Source: Microbotryum violaceum (Eukaryota). From it: a DNA stretch of 64,000 nt. The position numbers and the translations under genes are program-made. The DNA is taken from the NCBI GenBank assembly GCA_001244265.2, contig CDLV01000008.1, forward strand, positions 186,001 to 250,000, read 5' to 3'. Below the pieces are notes generated by a model, which did no database searches, was not told where the DNA came from, and worked only from the letters and a program-made list of their open reading frames with translations. Below, piece by piece: positions 55,951-64,000 of this stretch (position 1 is its first letter; each line of letters begins with the position of its first letter).

Positions 55951-57266
55951 ATGGAGACGTTGACAGAGCACGCCTGCTCCAGTCGCCGCGAATCGGACGC
56001 CGGCGGGTCTACGTCCTCTTCACCTCGGCGCGGTTCCAGCCGCAGCAACTCGGCACCACCCGTCTCGCCTCAGTGCCAGAAACACAGTTGCGACCCAAAC
56101 AAGACGCCACCACAGCGCCAGAGCCCCGCGTCATCTGCTTTCTCGTCCCCTACGTCTGTTGCTGGCTCGCACTGGGCAGGCTTTGGCCATTCGAGGACGA
56201 CGACCGCCACCTCTTTGCCACAGCCCACCACAGCGAGTGCTGATACGACGGAGTGCACGCGGTTGTTCGGATCGATCCACGTGGATGAGTACCGACCGGC
56301 GACGGTAGTCGACTCGATCAGATCCCTTGCAATTGTGATACTTGACGTGGTCAAATGTATGCCCTGGCCGTGATCTGATCTGATCGAGTTGCGCCAGGCC
56401 CATGACCGAGATCCGTGATCTCCTCTTTTGCAGCTCTAGAGAACCACTACAAAGGGAAACGTACTCATGGCAATATTAGGGATGTGAATGTCGTCGTCGA
56501 TGAGAACGGCCGAGGCGTCCTCCTCGAGCGCGACCCCGTTGTGCTCTCGATTTGGGACGATCCGTTGTACAAGCTGGCTCGCGAGAGGCTGTACGACGAC
56601 TGTGACGAGGATGAAGATCGTAACGAAGCTGAAGACAAAGTGGACGACGAGGACGAAAATGAAGATAAGAATGAGGATGAGGAAGAGGAGGATGTTTCAA
56701 ACTACGTCAGTAGGCTTTCTCTCGTCTGAGCTTGGGCAATTCTCTCTCTGATCGGCGTCCGTACCAAACAGGCTGGCGACGCTTTCTTGACGCGAAGACA
56801 GCTCGTTGTGCACGAGTTGGGGCCGTTGCCTGTCTGCCCCTGGCACGACATTGAAGCCTTGACTTACGTCGCCTGCTGGGTGACTTTTGTCTGGGCACGG
56901 GAGCAGACCGAAGATCCCGAGCTCAATGCGCTGGAACTTTCGAACTGGCGGGACTGGCGCTGCATTGACTACGCTTTAATGAGCAAAGATCATGCGTTGC
57001 GTCGGCCGGAACGTTCCCTGAAGACTTTTATCCAGCCCTTTGAGAAGAAGTGGCCGGGCTTCGTCGAGTTCATTTGGATCTTGCGCAGTTACTGTGGGCT
57101 TGGCATGGATTACGAAACATCGATGTTGGGCAAGGAGGAACTGGAGCTCGAGCGTAGGTGGGCCGATGGGCTCCTACGCCACGTTGATCGAGGATCTCGA
57201 ATTCTTCATCGACAGCTATGCGAAAAACTATGGATCCAGAATCTCGGGGTGAGGCGCCGGCAGTGA
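55951..57266 (+). pseudogene. degenerate fungal-type (FunK1-like) protein kinase domain, copy 1
   Basis: HGNIRDVNVVVDENGRGVLLERD (catalytic-loop and DFG regions degenerate) and WHDIEALTYVACW (FunK1 HDLES-type motif). Apparent frameshift near 57170. Confidence 0.5.
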
Positions 57267-57639
57267 ACCACTTTCTGATGAGCGCGATACGTGATGTAGT
57301 GCTTCGTGACCGCGGCAGTTTCGGTACTTGTTCATGCCCATGGTTCAGTTGAAACACATTCTTCGTGCTACATGGCGGTTTGCAATGAACAGAGTGATGA
57401 CATGCGGAATGATGACATTCCAGGGCAATTCCTCCGAAGCAGTTTTTGTCATATCGTCATGACGATAATTTCTACGTGTCACGGGGTCCGGTTACCCCGC
57501 GCTGCCTCGGAGAGCGCTGCGGAGCGGCGTCCAAGTTCCGATATCCTGTGACGGCGTGGTGGCTTTGCTTTGCTCCCCTCGAGTCCGGGTCATCCGATCT
57601 TAGCTCACGACATGGTCCCTCATCTTTTCTTTGTACTTC

Positions 57640-58528
57640 AAGTCGATCCCTTCAGTTGCAGGGACCATACCAGACGCTGTCAGGGGCAAGTATCCCTCTG
57701 ATAGATGCGTTGGACGTTGGACTGAGCCGTGGGGCGAATCGCTGAATGCATCTTATTCCTCACTACTGGCAAACCTAAAAACGCGCTTCCAGCAGGGCTT
57801 CATCATTATGCAAAAGAGTGACATGAACTTCACCGTCGATCAGGAAGGTCGAGGCGTCCTCCTCGATCGTGAACTCAGTTTTGTTCACGAACCGCCGTCC
57901 AGTTACCAATAGGCATGAGGTCGACGATGCCTGACGAGCGCAGCGACTTTCAAAGTTTGAGCAAGCCTGCGCGAACATGGACCCTCAGATAAGTTAGTAG
58001 TCGCTCACTCGAGGTGGTGCAAAGACCCCGGTCTCTCTGGTCGTCCCTGATCTCCCAGATTCATTCCCAGAAGTATGCTCCTCGTCGAAGCTTTGAGGTC
58101 GAGCGCTGTCTGCCGCTGGCACGACATTGAAAGCCTAACCTACGTCATTCAGTGGCTCACCTTCACATGGGTACGAGGAAGAACTGACGATCACGATCTC
58201 CTGAACGTGGCGAGATACACCGCTACCAATCACGCCGCTGCCCGTTCGGTGGTCGACGTCAAAGACGCTGCTTTCTGTGGGTCGGGGACACCAATATACT
58301 TTCTTCGACACTTTCTACATGAGCGAACCGGCTTTGTCAATTTGGTCAGCTTTTTTCGCTCCTACTGTAAGCTTGGACTGAGAGCTTTGGAGTATTCTGC
58401 AATACAAGCGAAGAGGTAGCAGAGCTCAGGAGCGACAATGGGCCAAGGGAACGCTTTCCTCCGCGATGTTGATCGAGGATTTAGGAAAGTATGTATCTGT
58501 CCCGAAACATATGGCTTCATCTTGTGAT
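57640..58528 (+). pseudogene. degenerate FunK1-like kinase domain, tandem copy 2
   Basis: NFTVDQEGRGVLLDRE, WHDIESLTYVIQWLTFTW, GFVNLVSFFRSYCKLG and LIEDL are collinear with copy 1. Frameshift/stop near 58410-58430. Confidence 0.5.
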
Positions 58529-58797
58529 GACGTCTCCTAGAGGTCCTGCTCATCCCACAACATTGCTCGTGCTTCGCTGTGCACTCGATGCGCTCGGCTC
58601 GTTCTCACTCTCGCAGCACGGTCTGAGAATTGTTCGGGATCACACAATCCAAATTCGGGCGTAAAATACCCAGCTTAAAAGTTTGGTTGAGAGCAATGTG
58701 GCGGAGCGGATCGACGGTCGGGACGAGCGGCGGAGCTAGACAGGGGGTGAACCGAGCGGTAGAATTAGGGGCGCGAGAATCAAACTCGCGAGCGAGG

Positions 58798-58847
58798 TTC
58801 TGTCTTTGAATAAGACTGGCTGGAATGTATGACTTTAAACTTTAAAC
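58798..58847 (+). mobile_element. 50-bp 3' terminal fragment of LINE family A
   Basis: ttctgtctttgaataagactggctggaatgtatgactttaaactttaaac is the reverse complement (3 mismatches) of 26493-26541. Confidence 0.75.
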
Positions 58848-60050
58848 AAGCCAAAGGTTCGCTGGCGCTGCTAGAAGGGTCCGCTCGGATTATTCCACCA
58901 GTACCATACACCTAGTGTCAGTAGCATGCATCTAGTGTTTGTGGGGGCCCTGCACTGTGAAGGCGCACTGGAACCCTGCCGAGCACGATCGGCCGGATGC
59001 GCGCGACGGTCGGCACCGTGTTATAACGGGCTTCAAGTTGTCACCAAGCTACTGAACTTCGGTTCGGCACACGGTGAGAGGTCCGGAATAACAGCCTAAA
59101 TCAGAACTATAGGTAGGTCCAGACAATGTGAGAAGCTGTGGCATGGAGATAAGTACTGAGACTGAAGCGAACATCACGAGACATCAACGTGTGACGCTAG
59201 TAACACATGACTCGTTGATTTAGCAACCGACCGCTTCAGAAACGGGAGGGAGAGGTGATTTTCATCCAGCTCGGGGTCACGCGTGGCTCGACGCGCGTTT
59301 CCCACCTCCTCTCCCTCTGCTTGTCCCACTCGCCTGCTCGCAACTGTGGGTGGGCTCCCAGCTCCACTTCCCAAAGTATTTGACAGCAACCACGAAAAGC
59401 TCAGAGTGAGTTCCTCAAAACCCTTTAGGGCACATCTGTGGGATGACCCCACTCGTGCTGATGCAGCCCCATGGCTCCACCGCCTGACCCTGCCCGTGCC
59501 AGCGCCCGCACCCAGCCGCTAACGACAATTGGACGGCGGCACCATGATGTCGGAACCCCGGAGTTCCGAATAAGTCGACGATTGAAAGGACTACTACCAA
59601 TGCGCAGTGAGCGACTGTCGAGTTCGCTCCCCGCTTCGGAGGCAGGGGCAATCTCAGCCTCGGAGGCAGGAACGCCGCCGCCGCCGCCTCGAGCCCCTCT
59701 GCCAGTGCCCCACTCCTCCCCGGAGCTGCAGTCGCGAAGGAAACTTGCCTGGGGTGCTCCGTGGAGCGTTCAGTCGGCAATCGCAGCGAGTATTAAACGA
59801 CGGCTGGGTATGGCGCTACATGGTCGACAGATCAGGATGTATGATTCTCCGCACCTCGAACACTTCTTCGTGGGAACAAAGAGGATGTGCAGATCTCAGG
59901 CAAGCTCGGCCAGAAGCCGACAGTGAACAACCCTGTGAACGCGATCAAGAGACTCTTTCCACGACAGACGGTAGGCGACTTTTAATACGCATTCTGTGCC
60001 AAGAAGGCGTCTTTGCTGTCTACCATTCGGGTTGTATCAAGCTTGAACTG

Positions 60051-61135
60051 ATCAAACTTGCGCTCCGCATACAAAGGCTCGAAACTGCGGAATTGTGGAA
60101 GCTCGGCGCGGGACGTTCCGAACGCGCCTGGCGATTACCAACAGGGCAAGACCCCAGATCTCCTCGTCCTTCTCAGTGCGCAGATATGCGTTCTTCAGCC
60201 AAGGGTAATCGCGTGGTCGAGAACCAGCCACACTTCGCACGACGACGACAGCTTAGTCTCAAATGTCACGATTTCCATGGAGTCCAAGCGAACGAAGGGA
60301 AGCTCAGCGGGTCAAGGAATCAGCTCGGCCGCCGGATGGACCAGATTGGCAGAACTCCCATTCGTCGTTGGAGCTATGGCAGCGTCCTATGCGGGTCGAA
60401 AACGCAAGTCTTCTTTCCCACCCCGTTTGCATCAATTTCGACTCGGATCGTCAAATGCGAAGGCAGCTCGAAGCACTTATCGCTGAGATTGCTTTTAAAT
60501 GATGTCGGCATTCGGAAATGCCACAGCAGATGCCGTATCGGCATTATTGGAACGACATCGTCGAGACTCGTCATCTTCAGAAGCGATCTCAGCCATAAGT
60601 GCTTCGAAGCGCCTTCTCATTTGACACAATCTGAGTCGAAACTTTTGCAAACGGGGGAAAGGAAGACTTGCGTTTTCGACCCGCATAGTGTTGCAAAACC
60701 ATCCTGGTCGCCTTAACCAGTACACCAAAAGTGAATGCACCTTCAAGAGATGCATGCGCCGAATCCTCTTTCAACACATAGGACGCTGCCATAGCTCCAA
60801 CGACGAAGGGGAGTTCTGCCAATCTGGTCCATCTGGCGGCCGAGCTGATTCCTTGACTCGCTGAGCTTCCCTTCGTTCGCTTGGACTCCGTGGAAATCGT
60901 GACATTTGAGACTAAGCTATCGTCGTCGTGCGAAGTGTGGCTGGTTCTCGACCACGCGATTACCCTTGGCTGAAGAACGCATATCTGCGCACTGAGAAGG
61001 ACGAGGAGATCTGGGGTCTTGCCCTGTTGGTAATCGCCAGGCGCGTTCGGAACGTCCCGCGCCGAACTTCCGCAGGAGACCAATTGCGACTCGAGCAGTT
61101 GTTTCGAGCCTTTGTAGGCGGAGAGCAAGTTTGAT
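60051..61135. repeat. long inverted repeat (fold-back): arms ~60051-60493 and ~60585-61135, ~90-bp spacer
   Basis: ORFs 60058-60486 (+) and 60589-61128 (-) translate to nearly the same sequence, and the nucleotide arms are reverse complements. Confidence 0.93.
60689..60776. mobile_element. 88-bp solo-LTR-like insertion
   Basis: Runs TGTTG...CAACA with 5-bp TSD catag (60684-60688, 60777-60781). It is absent from the other arm of the inverted repeat (~60387). Confidence 0.85.
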
Positions 61136-62949
61136 AAGGTTGATCGAAGACCACAAATACGTCTTCTAGTCTTGTGTGTTCTACACCATCTTCATGAAGC
61201 TGTCTGAAGACGACTACAACGACGAGAGGCGACCGTCAAGTGGTCACAATGGAACATGCCCCTAGGAGAATTGGCCACCGCCACAAGAAACATGGAGTGC
61301 GATTTGTGAAGGAGTTGATCGTGGCGAGCGTCCGATGAACCGCGAACATTCGCGGAATGCACCGGGCGCCGGCAAAGATGATGAGACCGTTTGACGCCAC
61401 TGGGCCCCAACCTGACCGAGCTCCTCCAGATTGTGGCGTCTCACTGTGGAATGGGCAAGGAATTCGGGATGTGTGGCACCTTGCAGCAGGAAGAAAATTG
61501 GGGTAGAGCGACAATGGTACAACGGACAGTTGTCATACTTCAAATTGATCGTTGCACTCGAGAAGTTCGTTGATAAGCTACAGGCTTCGTAGACGTAGCA
61601 GGTTGCTTGGAGGAGAAGAGGGAGGGGGGGGTCCGATCCCGGATCGGTAGAGCAGGGGCTTGAAGGGACTTAGTCAGTGGCGGTAGCCTTGCAATTTCTT
61701 CTGCGCAATTTGTTGATGAACCGTCCAGAAAAGGGTTGTGCAATCAGAGCAGACCAGAGGCAAGATCGGGCAGGCCTGGGCGCAAGAGTCAAGGTCGGCG
61801 CGAGCAGAGTGCTGGGCACTGGCAGCAGGTGCGCTTGGAGCCGCGGACGACGACGAACCGTGAGTGACGAGGAGGGGAAAAGCACCCACGTCAGATCTCC
61901 GGGGAGGAGACACTGTGGCTCCCCAGTAGGTGTTCGGGACCACGATCGCACCGGCCCGGCGCAAGCGAGGGGGCCGCGAACTCGGGCGGCACGTAAAACC
62001 TCATGTGCGCGAGCCGTTCCGATTTACCGAACCTTTCACCTTGGGTAAACAGTCCACAGCAGGTCATTCATTCAGCCACGAGGCATTCCGGGGATCTGTC
62101 GCTCCCCATCTTGACAGCCCAGCAACCCGATACAGCGTGAGATGAAGTGGTCTACGCTCATTAAATCGGGGAATACTGCGTGCGGTAGCTGATGAAAAGA
62201 CTCTTGAGCAAGATCAGGGCTCCGAAGTCCGCAAAGTCGAATTCGATCAGACTGACTCACCGATATGGCGCTCCTGTCCTTGTGTGTGCATGGGAGGTTG
62301 ATATCTTGAGACGGTCGGCTCACGGGGCGTACTGTCATGTGGCCTGCTTCTGCCGAATGCGGATGCAGTGCGGCAGTATCCTGGCATCAATCCAAAAGGT
62401 GGTGAGCAATGCCGTTCGAACGCGCCTCGATCAGGAAAATCAAAGGCGAACAAGTACTGCTTTCGCTTACAATGCATCGACGTGGCACTCGCCTGCACTC
62501 GCGCGAAGTTGAGGTACAGTGGAAAATTGCCCCGGGTTGTAGCCGGCCGAAGCGCACCTTCGCGTTCCCGAAGCTATGCATGCGTCAAGGGCGACCGATC
62601 GTGGCGGTCTCGGGTGCTCAGGCGACTGCATGGCACGTGGTCCCTGTGCCTGAAAGATTGCGTGAACTTGGTGGTCGCTCGGGCTCCAGCGTATATATCT
62701 CATACGTACCCCACGTTGCTCGGGGACGAACCACGCCGGAATTCCGACAGCGTGCCAGTAGCTGTGGACGCCCTGCAACTTCAAACGCTCGAAGCTTCAC
62801 CTCGTCTTTCATAGCAAGTAGGTGTAAGAGAAAGACAAACGCCCGAGCTTCTCTCCACTACCGGGCAATCTGCCTCTCATCCATGCGCTTCATTGGCCCA
62901 CCTATTTCCCATATGACCACCGCGACGCCAGCGACTCGAATGACGCGAA

Positions 62950-64000
62950 GCTAGATCCCGGATACAAGGGTTCGAACCCAATTCAGTACTATCTCGTTGA
63001 ACCAGCACAGGCTCGAGAGACGATGATGTAAGGTGCTCACACAGCGGGATCCGTACAATCGGGCATGGCGGCGCTATTGGTGACCTTCTTGGCCAACTGA
63101 ACGGTTCGTCCTTCGCGACCCCTTTCGAAGACGGCTAGTGACGAGGTATGAACATAGTTAGAGTAAACACACGAAGCATTCTTGTCAGTCATGTTATTAC
63201 GAGTGCCGTCGCTGTGGCATCCTTAGGTGAACGTTACTCACGCAGCTTTCCAAAGCCAGAATCATAGGTCACGATTTGATAATCCGTCTCTGCAACGATG
63301 AGAGCACGAGTCAGAACAAGGATCTACTGGCCGTATGTGAGCAGAAGGCTGATTGAGCTCACTGCTAAGCAACCAACTGCTAACCATCACCTGCGTCGTC
63401 CCATCGAGCAAATGCTTCTGTCGGTGCCACTGGCTTTGATCGGCGTCCTTGATCTCGGGATGCGTCGCGGTGAAGCCCGTGGTGACGATGCGGTCGGGGT
63501 ACTTGGTCATCGCGTCATGCTTGAGGTGCTCGGAATCCGACACGAGGTAGTAGACAATCTTTTGACCTGGTTTCGCGTATTTAGCCGCAAGTTGTTCCGC
63601 GCAGACGAAGAACCGTCGGTGCGACTCGACCGACATGTGCGAGTCGGCATCGGCGGATTTCTGGAGAGGCGAAAGACAAGTACCAAACCGAAGCCCCTTG
63701 GTCAGCCATCGACCATGTCGCCCGCTCGTTGAGCAACGGAGAGGCTTGTAACTCACCATATTGGCATCCCCTGTCCGGATCTGCATCGAGACCGAAAACA
63801 CGGAAGGGAGCACAAACAGCGACGAGTATTGTACCATGTAGCGCTGCGCGCTCGCCTTGGGCGTAAAGAGGTAGTCGGTCATGCAAGCGTAGACCAAGGC
63901 GTACTCGAACCCCTTGTCCTTGAGGATGGGTGCAATCTCGGTATAGTTGAACGAGCGAAGCGCGCCTCCTCGGTTCGTGTTGATCTGTGCAGATTTTTAG
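62950..64000 (-). CDS. putative GT-B O-/alpha-fucosyltransferase-like protein; 5' part lies outside the window, 3' end approximate
   Basis: SMQIRTGD (motif I-like), YYLVSDS (motif II-like) and TDYQIVTYDSGFGKL (motif III-like), as shared by GT11/23/37-type fucosyltransferases. Confidence 0.6.

Noticed and set aside
59607-60716. 369-aa ORF as a real gene
   Set aside because: It reads through both arms of the palindrome and into the 88-bp insertion with no recognisable motif; it is probably a by-product of the repeat.
62960-62990. tRNA gene suggested by gggttcgaaccc
   Set aside because: Only a T-loop/B-box-like palindrome; no D-arm, anticodon arm or acceptor stem could be built.

Overview
This is intron-rich fungal DNA of basidiomycete type, probably Pucciniomycotina (inferred from gene style and CpG-biased decay of repeats). 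Two ordinary gene blocks flank a ~34-kb transposon-rich island. The left block holds TSR3, RPC19 and a Kelch-repeat gene. The right block holds an acidic orphan, an ankyrin protein, guanine deaminase, SPB4, AMP deaminase, two degenerate FunK1-like kinases, a 1.1-kb fold-back and a partial fucosyltransferase-like gene. The island (~8.6-42.6 kb) is bracketed by two copies of a ~4.2-kb segment carrying a GT92-like glycosyltransferase, so several insertions can be checked against an empty site within the window. It contains a 5.5-kb DNA transposon of unrecognised type (32-bp TIR, 8-bp TSD), two Ty1/copia elements, several solo LTRs and several 3' tails of an L1/Tx1-like LINE ('family B'). It also contains an APE-RT-RNaseH non-LTR element ('family A') that sits in the loop of a hairpin in a family-B 3' UTR, giving a four-level nest. 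All assignments come from motif recognition by eye; no searches were run, and exon boundaries are approximate.
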